Shown piece after piece: positions 31,855-49,700 of a stretch of 64,000 nt of DNA. The DNA lies in NCBI GenBank assembly GCA_964016885.1, contig CAXHJY010000575.1, positions 1 to 64,000 of the forward strand, read 5' to 3'. The translations under genes and the position numbers were made by a program. Positions within the stretch are counted from its first letter, which is position 1. Every line of letters begins with the position of its first letter. The notes beneath the pieces were generated by a model that was given only the letters and a program-made list of their open reading frames with translations, did no database searches and had not been told where the DNA came from. This stretch comes from Eledone cirrhosa (lineage: Eukaryota).

Positions 31855-32566
31855 ACGAAGGAAATGTGGTAAGGAACCAGGTGGACCATAACGCACCAAA
31901 GTACTCAATACTTGAGGTAGTAGAGTGGGTAATAGGAACCAGTAAGACCCCGACAGCTGAGCTCAAGCCGTTTCGACGGCTAATTCTGGACTAAATGAAA
32001 ATTTATCCTGGTATTTAAATAGCCGATCTTCTCAAGGGGTAATTCCATATATGGTCAAAGTGATTGTCAAAAATCAGTAGTAATTCTGTGGTTGCAAATT
32101 AGTAGGGGAGATGGTGGCTAAACCTGCCAGTAGGAGAAAGAGGGGAGGGGGTGGAGTAGACCCAATCAAACGTTGGTAGTGCCAGCTACAGCTGGGCATG
32201 AGGTCAAAGAAGATACAGGGGAGGGGGAGGGGGACGAAGTCGGAACGGTAGGTAGAACAATGGGGGGTAGAAATATATATTTCTACCCCCCATGACCTCA
32301 TGCCCAGCTGTAGCTGGCACTACCAACGCTTGATTGGGTCTACACCACCTCCTCCCCTCTTTCTCCTACTGGCAGGTTTAGCCACCATCTCCCCTACTAA
32401 TTTGCAACCACAGAATTACTACTGATTTTTGACAATCACTTTGACCATATATGGAATTACCCCTTGAGAAGATCGGCTATTTAAATACCAGGATAAATTT
32501 TCATTTAGTCCAGAATTAGCCGTCGAAACGGCTTGAGCTCGGCTGTCGGGGTCTTACTGGTTCCTA
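31855..32566. mobile_element. Fold-back pLTR-like element (family D) with hammerhead on each arm
   Basis: Arms 31933-32206 and 32293-32566, an inner mini-palindrome at 32260-32292, and a one-sided tail at 31855-31932. Confidence 0.8.
32459..32552 (+). ncRNA. Type I hammerhead, U3-A8 core variant (mirror copy at 31947-32040, minus strand)
   Basis: Stem I ACCCC/GGGGT; core TTGAGAA; stem II GA(T)CGGCTA/TAGCCGTC; GAAA; stem III CGGCT/GGCTG; GUC site at 32547. Confidence 0.7.
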
Positions 32567-32638
32567 TATATAATATATATATATATATATATAATATATA
32601 TATATATATAATATATATATATATATATAATATATATA

Positions 32639-32722
<84 letters not shown>

Positions 32723-32852
32723 TAATATATATATATATATATATAATATATATATATAATATATATATATATAATATATATATATATATATAATATATAT
32801 ATATAATATATATATATATATATAATATATATATATATAATTTATATATATG

Positions 32853-32890
<38 letters not shown>

Positions 32891-32912
32891 TATATATATA
32901 ATATATATATAT

Positions 32913-33491
32913 ATATTGTTATACTTTGGGAGGGTCATGTTGTCAATAAGAAACACACGCACCAGTTGCTTTCACTTCAATTTAATTTAATATATATTTA
33001 TAAATTTACAAATTTATAAATTTCTGGTTGGTTGGTTGGTTCCACAACCAGATAGTTGTTTATATATATATAGTCATAGTTCTTTCGTCACACACTCTGT
33101 GACCTCTTCAGTGACTGGGGATTTCTTTCTTCGTTTCTGTGCCTTTCCTTTCTTCTATCCTACGCCATTTTGAAAAAATGGCGTAGGATAGAAGAAAGGA
33201 AAGGCACAGAAACGAAGAAAGAAATCCCCAGTCACTGAAGAGGTCACAGAGTGTGTGACGAAAGAACTATGACTATATATATATAAACAACTATCTGGTT
33301 GTGGAACCAACCAACCAACCAGAAATTTATAAATTTGTAAATTTATAAATATATATTAAATTAAATTGAAGTGAAAGCAACTGGTGCGTGTGTTTCTTAT
33401 TGGCAACATGACCCTCCCAAAGTATAACAATATCGGTTTCAACACACGATTTCAGATAAAGAATCTTGCTAAACAAATTCAGAAACGAAAT
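32913..33491. mobile_element. Near-perfect 521-bp palindrome (family E pLTR-like) with one-sided tail
   Basis: Arms 32913-33171 and 33175-33433 around a 3-nt loop. Tail 33434-33491. (TA)n flanks. Confidence 0.85.
33230..33274 (+). ncRNA. Minimal type I hammerhead (mirror copy at 33072-33116, minus strand)
   Basis: AGTCA-CTGAAGA-G-GTCACA GAGTG TGTGAC-GAAA-GAAC-TA-TGACT; cleavage after CUA at 33269. Confidence 0.7.
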
Positions 33492-34570
<1,079 letters not shown>

Positions 34571-35500
34571 ATTTATTATGTAATAAACAACATAAGGCAA
34601 TTATTCCATTTACCAGTGGTTTCTTAAAAGCAAAAGGTTTTGCTTTCAATCCTCAGAACGAAAAAATCCTGGTTTGTTTATTAAATTTGGATTACAAAAA
34701 TAAAAATGCAATCTATATGAAAGTGAGGCTGGAGAAGGGAGAAGGAAAGGAAAAATAAAATAAAATAAAACTACACATGCAAACACACACACAAAAAAAC
34801 CCAAAAGCATACTTACACACACATACATATATACATATATATATGTACGCATACATACATACATATACACATATATATAAAACGTACACTTACATACACA
34901 TACACATATATACACACATATACACATACATACATTAATACATATACACACACGCACACACACATACACACACACACACACACATACGCATACACACACA
35001 TATATATATATGTACATATATATATATATATATATACATATATATATACACATATACACACATACACATGCACACACATACACATGTGTGTGTACAAGCA
35101 TACACATACACAAACATAGCCATACACACACACATATATATACACACATACATACATTCACACAAACATACAAAACGTACATACATACATATACATGAAT
35201 GCACTCCTCTACATATTCACACGCAAATAAATATAAGAAAATATAAAGGAAAAAAAAATATATATATATATATATTAAAAAAATTTTGACACCGATACAT
35301 GACCCAGCTAACAGGACAGCCACGCGTGGTAAGTAATACACACAAAAGCACGTATACATACGTACGAAATAGTAAACACATACACACACTCTCATACATA
35401 AATATACATAAACAAATACAAAAACACATACATACACATACATACACAAACACGCACACGTATACAATATAAACACACACACATGTATATGTAATTATAT

Positions 35501-35533
<33 letters not shown>

Positions 35534-35672
35534 CATATATATATATACATATATATACAAAAATATAAAAATATAAACGCACACACACACACACACACAT
35601 ATACGTAAACACACATATACATACATAGCTAAACAATTATACACATGCAAATACGTATATATCAAAAACACG

Positions 35673-35903
35673 CATCAAAAGTACTCTATTGATTGGACTA
35701 TATTAGACCATTCGAGGGAGTACCAAAGGGGCACAAAGAATTGTTCTTTGTGCACCACAGAAAAGTATAGGATTTTGCTAAACTTAAGAGCCACTTCCGC
35801 TTGCCTTAACTCAAAGACTGAGATCTTCAGATGCTGTCCTCATCTGAAATCGCATCTGATCTGTAACTGGATTGACACTCCTATGATAAATCAACCGCCT
35901 TGA
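35673..35903 (+). pseudogene. C-terminal fragment of Naiad-like GIY-YIG domain (family F)
   Basis: Manual translation HQKYSIDWTILDHSREYQRGTKNCSLCTTEKYRILLNLRATSACLNSKTEIFRCCPHLKSHLICNWIDTPMINQPP*. Confidence 0.8.
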
Positions 35904-36106
35904 ACTCCTTTCCTGCTCTTTACTTCTGCTACGGTTTTTATTTTGCTGATTCTACCTTCTGTACTCCTGTATATTTACAAAAATTTTTTCTCCCTTACCT
36001 CCCCTTATATTTTACCTCCTCTTAGCCCCCCCCCCCATATATTCTTTATGTTTTGCCCTTCACATACCTATGTGTATGTGTATGTATTTTTGTGTGTATA
36101 TATATA

Positions 36107-36185
<79 letters not shown>

Positions 36186-36563
36186 ATGTGTATGTGTATA
36201 TATATGTATATTTGTGTGTGTATATGTATGTATATGTGGATAAATCAGGTTTCTTTAAACTTTTTTTTTTCATTCTGAAGATTGAAGGAAACATTTTTTG
36301 CTTTTAAGAAACCTCTGGTGAATGGAATAATTGCCTTATGTTGCTTTATTACTTTACTACTATATATACGTTTATGTAAGGTTCATTTGTCTTTTCTAAT
36401 ATTGAGTTTTACACATACACACATGTATATGTGTGTGTGTATGTGTATGCATATGTGTATATGTACGTATATGTGTATGTGTGTGTATATATATATATAT
36501 ATGTATGTATGTATGTATATGTGTGTGTGTATTTATTATTTTTTTATGTATGTGTGTGTGTGG

Positions 36564-36625
<62 letters not shown>

Positions 36626-36759
36626 TTGGTTGTGCGTGTTTTTGATATATACGTATTTGCATGTGTATAATTGTTTAGCTATGTATGTATATGTGTGTTT
36701 ACGTATATGTGTGTGTGTGTGTGTGTGCGTTTATATTTTTATATTTTTGTATATATATG

Positions 36760-36848
<89 letters not shown>

Positions 36849-37173
36849 ATATAATTATATATACATGTGTGTGTGTTTATATTGTATACGTGTGCGTGTC
36901 TGTGTATGTATGTGTATATGTGTGTATATATGTGTATGTGTATGTAAGTGTACGTTTTATATATATGTGTATATGTATGTATGTATGCGTACATATATAT
37001 ATGTATATATGTATGTGTGTGTAAGTATGCTTTTGGGGTTTTTTATGTGTGTGTTTGCATGTGTAGTTTTATTTTATTTTATTTTTCCTTTCCTTCTCCC
37101 TTCTCCAGCCTCACTTTCATATAGATTGCATTTTTATTTTTGTAATCCAAATTTAATAAACAAACCAGGATTT

Positions 37174-37233
37174 TTTCGTTCTGAGGATTGAAAGCAAAAC
37201 CTTTTGCTTTTAAGAAACCACTGGTAAATTGAA
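37174..37233 (+). ncRNA. Type I hammerhead ribozyme (family F)
   Basis: TTCGTT-CTGAGGA-TTGAAAGCAAAA CC TTTTGCTTTTAA-GAAA-CCACTGG-TA-AATTGAA; GUA site at 37226. Confidence 0.7.
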
Positions 37234-37340
37234 TAATTGCCTTATGTTGTTTAGTACATAATAATAATGATTAAGCTCTGTTGCCTACATAGAGCACTCT
37301 TTTTTCCTGGACTTTTCCGATGGAATTACTTCATTCACAC

Positions 37341-40505
<3,165 letters not shown>

Positions 40506-40526
40506 TATATAATATATATATATAAT

Positions 40527-40571
<45 letters not shown>

Positions 40572-40633
40572 TATATATAAATAATATATATATATATATA
40601 TATAATATATATATATATATAAATAATATATAT

Positions 40634-40680
<47 letters not shown>

Positions 40681-40749
40681 TATATATATAAATAATATAT
40701 ATATATATATATAATATATATAATATATATATATATAATATATATACAT

Positions 40750-40781
<32 letters not shown>

Positions 40782-40788
40782 ATATATA

Positions 40789-43700
40789 TAAAACTCGGTA
40801 CATCTACATATGTACACGTGTGTGTATTCATATGCATACTAATATTTCAGTATACATATGTGGATGTACATTTTTAACTTAATTGTTTAAGCGTCAGTCA
40901 TACAAAAGTGAGTTACAAACGAAGCGAAATTTAATTTCGTTTCGTTATTTGTTTTTATCGTCTCCGCTGAACCGGTACGTACTCACGCTCTATGCAAATT
41001 AGTCTGCCCACTACTAATTATCATAGAAAAAGCATATAACGATATGTGCTTTTACGATTCTCTAGAAAGGCCGGAATAGGTAAATATTGCTGATGAGATG
41101 TAACAACATCGAAACTAGTCCAATATTCCTGTCTAGCTTTCTGGAGAATAGAGGAAAGGTGTTTCCTCGAAAACCAGTATGACTATAAAAACCGGTTTGT
41201 CTGTGTGTTTACATACAGAATAGCTGAACACTCACAGTAAAGTGTCCAGTGAAAAACTCGGTACATCTACATATGTACACGTGTGTGTATTCATATGCAT
41301 ACTAATATTTCAGTATACATATGTGGATGTACATTTTAACTTAATTGTTTAAGCGTCAGTCATACAAAAGTGAGTTACAAACGAAGCGAAATTTAATTTC
41401 GTTTCGTTATTTGTTTTTATCGTCTCCGCTGAACCGGTACGTACTCACGCTCTATGCAAATTAGTCTGCCCACTACTAATTTTCATAGAAAAAGCATATA
41501 ACGATATGTGCTTTTACGATTCTCTAGAAAGGCCGGAATAGGTAAATATTGCTGATGAGATGTAATAACATCGAAACTAGTCCAATATTGCTGTCTAGCT
41601 TTCTGGAGAATAGAGGAAAGGTGTTTCCTCGAAAACCAGTATGACTCTAAAAACCGGTTTGTCTGTGTGTTTACATACAGAATAGCTGAACACTCACAGT
41701 AAAGTGTCCAGTGAAAAACTCGGTACATCTACATATGTACACGTGTGTGTATTCATATGCATACTAATATTTCAGTATACATATGTGGATGTACATTTTT
41801 AACTTAATTGTTTAAGCGTCAGTCATACAAAAGTGAGTTACAAACGAAGCGAAATTTAATTTCGTTTCGTTATTTGTTTTTATCGTCTCCGCTGAACCGG
41901 TACGTACTCACGCTCTATGCAAATTAGTCTGCCCACTACTAATTTTCATAGAAAAAGCATATAACGATATGTGCTTTTACGATTCTCTAGAAAGGCCGGA
42001 ATAGGTAAATATTGCTGATGAGATGTAACAACATCGAAACTAGTCCAATATTCCTGTCTAGCTTTCTGGAGAATAGAGGAAAGGTGTTTCCTCGAAAACC
42101 AGTATGACTCTAAAAACCGGTTTGTCTGTGTGTTTACATACAGAATAGCTGAACACTCACAGTAAAGTGTCCAGTGAAAAACTCGGTACATCTACATATG
42201 TACACGTGTGTGTATTCATATGCATACTAATATTTCAGTATACATATGTGGATGTACATTTTTAACTTAATTGTTTAAGCGTCTGTCATACAAAAGTGAG
42301 TTACAAACGAAACGAAATTTAATTTCGTTTCGTTATTTGTTTTTATCGTCTCCGCTGAACCGGTACGTACTCACGCTCTATGCAAATTAATCTGCCCACT
42401 ACTAATTTTAAATAGAAAAAGCATATAACGATATGTGCTTTTACGATTCTCTAGAAACGCCGGAATAGGTAAATATTGCTGATGAGATGTAACAACATCG
42501 AAACTAGTCCAATATTCCTGTCTAGCTTTCTGGAGAATAGAGGAAAGGTGTTTCCTCGAAAACTAGTATGACTCTAAAAACCGGTTTGTCTGTGTGTTTA
42601 CATACAGAATAGCTGAACACTCACAGTAAAGTGTCCAGTGAAAAACTCGGTACATCTACATATGTACACGTGTGTGTATTCATATGCATACTAATATTTC
42701 AGTATACATATGTGGATGTACATTTTTAACTTAATTGTTTAAGCGTCAGTCATACAAAAGTGAGTTACAAACGAAGCGAAATTTAATTTCGTTTCGTTAT
42801 TTGTTTTTATCGTCTCCGCTGAACCGGTACGTACTCACGCTCTATGCAAATTAGTCTGCCCACTACTAATTTTCATAGAAAAAGCATATAACGATATGTG
42901 CTTTTACGATTCTCTAGAAAGGCCGGAATAGGTAAATATTGCTGATGAGATGTAACAACATCGAAACTAGTCCAATATTCCTGTCTAGCTTTCTGGAGAA
43001 TAGAGGAAAGGTGTTTCCTCGAAAACCAGTATGACTCTAAAAACCGGTTTGTCTGTGTGTTTACATACAGAATAGCTGAACACTCACAGTAAAGTGTCCA
43101 GTGAAAAACTCGGTACATCTACATATGTACACGTGTGTGTATTCATATGCATACTAATATTTCAGTATACATATGTGGATGTACATTTTTAACTTAATTG
43201 TTTAAGCGTCAGTCATACAAAAGTGAGTTACAAACGAAGCGAAATTTAATTTCGTTTCGTTATTTGTTTTTATCGTCTCCGCTGAACCGGTACGTACTCA
43301 CGCTCTATGCAAATTAGTCTGCCCACTACTAATTTTCATAGAAAAAGCATATAACGATATGTGCTTTTACGATTCTCTAGAAAGGCCGGAATAGGTAAAT
43401 ATTGCAGATGAGATGTAATAACATCGAAACTAGTCCAATATTCCTGTCTAGCTTTCTGGAGAATAGAGGAAAGGTGTTTCCTCGAAAACCAGTATGACTC
43501 TAAAAACCGGTTTGTCTGTGTGTTTACATACAGAATAGCTGAACACTCACAGTAAAGTGTCCAGTGAAAAACTCGGTACATCTACATATGTACACGTGTG
43601 TGTATTCATATGCATACTAATATTTCAGTATACATATGTGGATGTACATTTTTAACTTAATTGTTTAAGCGTCTGTCATACAAAAGTGAGTTACAAACGA

Positions 43701-46700
43701 AGCGAAATTTAATTTCGTTTCGTTATTTGTTTTTATCGTCTCCGCTGAACCGGTACGTACTCACGCTCTATGCAAATTAGTCTGCCCACTACTAATTTTC
43801 ATAGAAAAAGCATATAACGATATGTGCTTTTACGATTCTCCAGAAAGGCCGGAATAGGTAAATATTGCTGATGAGATGTAACAACATCGAAACTAGTCCA
43901 ATATTCCTGTCTAGCTTTCTGGAGAATAGAGGAAAGGTGTTTCCTCGAAAACCAGTATGACTCTAAAAACCGGTTTGTCTGTGTGTTTACATACAGAATA
44001 GCTGAACACTCACAGTAAAGTGTCCAGTGAAAAACTCGGTACATCTACATATGTACACGTGTGTGTATTCATATGCATACTAATATTTCAGTATACATAT
44101 GTGGATGTACATTTTTAACTTAATTGTTTAAGCGTCAGTCATACAAAAGTGAGTTACAAACGAAGCGAAATTTAATTTCGTTTCGTTATTTGTTTTTATC
44201 GTCTCCGCTGAACCGGTACGTACTCACGCTCTATGCAAATTAGTCTGCCCACTACTAATTTTCATAGAAAAAGCATATAACGATATGTGCTTTTACGATT
44301 CTCTAGAAAGGCCGGAATAGGTAAATATTGCTGATGAGATGTAACATCGAAACTAGTCCAATATTCCTGTCTAGCTTTCTGGAGAATAGAGGAAAGGTGT
44401 TTCCTCGAAAACCAGTATGACTCTAAAAACCGGTTTGTCTGTGTGTTTACATACAGAATAGCTGAACACTCACAGTAAAGTGTCCAGTGAAAAACTCGGT
44501 ACATCTACATATGTACACGTGTGTGTATTCATATGCATACTAATATTTCAGTATACATATGTGGATGTACATTTTTAACTTAATTGTTTAAGCGTCAGTC
44601 ATACAAAAGTGAGTTACAAACGAAGCGAAATTTAATTTCGTTTCGTTATTTGTTTTTATCGTCTCCGCTGAACCGGTACGTACTCACGCTCTATGCAAAT
44701 TAGTCTGCCCACTACTAATTTTCATAGAAAAAGCATATAACGATATGTGCTTTTACGATTCTCTAGAAAGGCCGGAATAGGTAAATATTGCTGATGAGAT
44801 GTAATAACATCGAAACTAGTCCAATATTCCTGTCTAGCTTTCTGGAGAATAGAGGAAAGGTGTTTCCTCGAAAACCAGTATGACTCTAAAAACCGGTTTG
44901 TCTGTGTGTTTACATACAGAATAGCTGAACACTCACAGTAAAGTGTCCAGTGAAAAACTCGGTACATCTACATATGTACACGTGTGTGTATTCATATGCA
45001 TACTAATATTTCAGTATACATATGTGGATGTACATTTTTAACTTAATTGTTTAAGCGTCAGTCATACAAAAGTGAGTTACAAACGAAGCGAAATTTAATT
45101 TCGTTTCGTTATTTGTTTTTATCGTCTCCGCTGAACCGGTACGTACTCACGCTCTATGCAAATTAGTCTGCCCACTACTAATTTTCATAGAAAAAGCATA
45201 TAACGATATGTGCTTTTACGATTCTCTAGAAAGGCCGGAATAGGTAAATATTGCAGATGAGATGTAATAACATCGAAACTAGTCCAATATTCCTGTCTAG
45301 CTTTCTGGAGAATAGAGGAAAGGTGTTTCCTCGAAAACCAGTATGACTCTAAAAACCGGTTTGTCTGTGTGTTTACATACAGAATAGCTGAACACTCACA
45401 GTAAAGTGTCCAGTGAAAAACTCGGTACATCTACATATGTACACGTGTGTGTATTCATATGCATACTAATATTTCAGTATACATATGTGGATGTACATTT
45501 TTAACTTAATTGTTTAAGCGTCAGTCATACAAAAGTGAGTTACAAACGAAGCGAAATTTAATTTCGTTTCGTTATTTGTTTTTATCGTCTCCGCTGAACC
45601 GGTACGTACTCACGCTCTATGCAAATTAGTCTGCCCACTACTAATTTTCATAGAAAAAGCATATAACGATATGTGCTTTTACGATTCTCTAGAAAGGCCG
45701 GAATAGGTAAATATTGCTGATGAGATGTAACAACATCGAAACTAGTCCAATATTCCTGTCTAGCTTTCTGGAGAATAGAGGAAAGGTGTTTCCTCGAAAA
45801 CCAGTATGACTCTAAAAACCGGTTTGTCTGTGTGTTTACATACAGAATAGCTGAACACTCACAGTAAAGTGTCCAGTGAAAAACTCGGTACATCTACATA
45901 TGTACACGTGTGTGTATTCATATGCATACTAATATTTCAGTATACATATGTGGATGTACATTTTTAACTTAATTGTTTAAGCGTCAGTCATACAAAAGTG
46001 AGTTACAAACGAAGCGAAATTTAATTTCGTTTCGTTATTTGTTTTTATCGTCTCCGCTGAACCGGTACGTACTCACGCTCTATGCAAATTAGTCTGCCCA
46101 CTACTAATTTTCATAGAAAAAGCATATAACGATATGTGCTTTTACGATTCTCTAGAAAGGCCGGAATAGGTAAATATTGCTGATGAGATGTAATAACATC
46201 GAAACTAGTCCAATATTCCTGTCTAGCTTTCTGGAGAATAGAGGAAAGGTGTTTCCTCGAAAACCAGTATGACTCTAAAAACCGGTTTGTCTGTGTGTTT
46301 ACATACAGAATAGCTGAACACTCACAGTAAAGTGTCCAGTGAAAAACTCGGTACATCTACATATGTACACGTGTGTGTATTCATATGCATACTAATATTT
46401 CAGTATACATATGTGGATGTACATTTTTAACTTAATTGTTTAAGCGTCTGTTATACAAAAGTGAGTTACAAACGAAGCGAAATTTAATTTCGTTTCGTTA
46501 TTTGTTTTTATCGTCTCCGCTGACCCGGTACGTACTCACGCTCTATGCAAATTAGTCTGCCCACTACTAATTTTCATAGAAAAAGCATATAACGATATGT
46601 GCTTTTACGATTCTCCAGAAAGGCCGGAATAGGTAAATATTGCTGATGAGATGTAACAACATCGAAACTAGTCCAATATTCCTGTCTAGCTTTCTGGAGA

Positions 46701-49700
46701 ATAGAGGAAAGGTGTTTCCTCGAAAACCAGTATGACTCTAAAAACCGGTTTGTCTGTGTGTTTACATACAGAATAGCTGAACACTCACAGTAAAGTGTCC
46801 AGTGAAAAACTCGGTACATCTACATATGTACACGTGTGTGTATTCATATGCATACTAATATTTCAGTATACTTATGTGGATGTACATTTTTAACTTAATT
46901 GTTTAAGCGTCAGTCATACAAAAGTGAGTTACAAACGAAGCGAAATTTAATTTCGTTTCGTTATTTGTTTTTATCGTCTCCGCTGAACCGGTACGTACTC
47001 ACGCTCTATGCAAATTAGTCTGCCAACTACTCATTTTCATAGAAAAAGCATATAACGATATGTGCTTTTACTATTCTCCAGAAAGGCCGGAATAGGTAAA
47101 TATTGCTGATGAGATGTAACAACATCGAAACTAGTCCAATATTCCTGTCTAGCTTTCTGGAGAATAGAGGAAAGGTGTTTCCTCGAAAACCAGTATGACT
47201 CTAAAAACCGGTTTGTCTGTGTGTTTACATACAGAATAGCTGAACACTCACAGTAAAGTGTCCAGTGAAAAACTCGGTACATCTACATATGTACACGTGT
47301 GTGTATTCATATGCATACTAATATTTCAGTATACATATGTGGATGTACATTTTTAACTTAATTGTTTAAGCGTCAGTCATACAAAAGTGAGTTACAAACG
47401 AAGCGAAATTTAATTTCGTTTCGTTATTTGTTTTTATCGTCTCCGCTGAACCGGTACGTACTCACGCTCTATGCAAATTAGTCTGCCCACTACTAATTTT
47501 CATAGAAAAAGCATATAACGATATGTGCTTTTACGATTCTCTAGAAAGGCCGGAATAGGTAAATATTGCTGATGAGATGTAACAACATCGAAACTAGTCC
47601 AATATTCCTGTCTAGCTTTCTGGAGAATAGAGGAAAGGTGTTTCCTCGAAAACCAGTATGACTCTAAAAACCGGTTTGTCTGTGTGTTTACATACAGAAT
47701 AGCTGAACACTCACAGTAAAGTGTCCAGTGAAAAACTCGGTACATCTACATATGTACACGTGTGTGTATTCATATGCATACTAATATTTCAGTATACATA
47801 TGTGGATGTACATTTTTAACTTAATTGTTTAAGCGTCAGTCATACAAAAGTGAGTTACAAACGAAGCGAAATTTAATTTCGTTTCGTTATTTGTTTTTAT
47901 CGTCTCCGCTGAACCGGTACGTACTCACGCTCTATGCAAATTAGTCTCCCACTACTAATTTTCATAGAAAAAGCATATAACGATATGTGCTTTTACGATT
48001 CTCTAGAAAGGCCGGAATAGGTAAATATTGCTGATGAGATGTAATAACATCGAAACTAGTCCAATATTCCTGTCTAGCTTTCTGGAGAATAGAGGAAAGG
48101 TGTTTCCTCGAAAACCAGTATGACTCTAAAAACCGGTTTGTCTGTGTGTTTACATACAGAATAGCTGAACACTCACAGTAAAGTGTCCAGTGAAAAACTC
48201 GGTACATCTACATATGTACACGTGTGTGTATTCATATGCATACTAATATTTCAGTATACATATGTGGATGTACATTTTTAACTTAATTGTTTAAGCGTCT
48301 GTTATACAAAAGTGAGTTACAAACGAAGCGAAATTTAATTTCGTTTCGTTATTTGTTTTTATCGTCTCCGCTGACCCGGTACGTACTCACGCTCTATGCA
48401 AATTAGTCTGCCCACTACTAATTTTCATAGAAAAAGCATATAACGATACGTGCTTTTACGATTCTCCAGAAAGGCCGGAATAGGTAAATATTGCTGATGA
48501 GATGTAACAACATCGAAACTAGTCCAATATTCCTGTCTAGCTTTCTGGAGAATAGAGGAAAGGTGTTTCCTCGAAAACCAGTATGACTCTAAAAACCGGT
48601 TTGTCTGTGTGTTTACATACAGAATAGCTGAACACTCACAGTAAAGTGTCCAGTGAAAAACTCGGTACATCTACATATGTACACGTGTGTGTATTCATAT
48701 GCATACTAATATTTCAGTATACATATGTGGATGTACATTTTTAACTTAATTGTTTAAGCGTCAGTCATACAAAAGTGAGTTACAAACGAAGCGAAATTTA
48801 ATTTCGTTTCGTTATTTGTTTTTATCGTCTCCGCTGAACCGGTACGTACTCACGCTCTATGCAAATTAGTCTGCCCACTACTAATTTTCATAGAAAAAGC
48901 ATATAACGATATGTGCTTTTACGATTCTCTAGAAAGGCCGGAATAGGTAAATATTGCTGATGAGATGTAACAACATCGAAACTAGTCCAATATTCCTGTC
49001 TAGCTTTCTGGAGAATAGAGGAAAGGTGTTTCCTCGAAAACCAGTATGACTCTAAAAACCGGTTTGTCTGTGTGTTTACATACAGAATAGCTGAACACTC
49101 ACAGTAAAGTGTCCAGTGAAAAACTCGGTACATCTACATATGTACACGTGTGTGTATTCATATGCATACTAATATTTCAGTATACATATGTGGATGTACA
49201 TTTTTAACTTAATTGTTTAAGCGTCAGTCATACAAAAGTGAGTTACAAACGAAGCGAAATTTAATTTCGTTTCGTTATTTGTTTTTATCGTCTCCGCTGA
49301 ACCGGTACGTACTCACGCTCTATGCAAATTAGTCTCCCACTACTAATTTTCATAGAAAAAGCATATAACGATATGTGCTTTTACGATTCTCTAGAAAGGC
49401 CGGAATAGGTAAATATTGCTGATGAGATGTAATAACATCGAAACTAGTCCAATATTCCTGTCTAGCTTTCTGGAGAATAGAGGAAAGGTGTTTCCTCGAA
49501 AACCAGTATGACTCTAAAAACCGGTTTGTCTGTGTGTTTACATACAGAATAGCTGAACACTCACAGTAAAGTGTCCAGTGAAAAACTCGGTACATCTACA
49601 TATGTACACGTGTGTGTATTCATATGCATACTAATATTTCAGTATACATATGTGGATGTACATTTTTAACTTAATTGTTTAAGCGTCTGTTATACAAAAG

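Larger units (their letters stand above)
34567..37340 (+). mobile_element. 5'-truncated Naiad-like PLE (family F) with inverted pLTR
   Basis: 34567-35674 is the inverted counterpart of ~36633-37268, with ~0.5 kb extra on the left arm. ORF end at 35673-35903. HHRs at 34604-34663 (-), 36268-36327 (+) and 37174-37233 (+). Tail 37269-37340. Confidence 0.85.
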
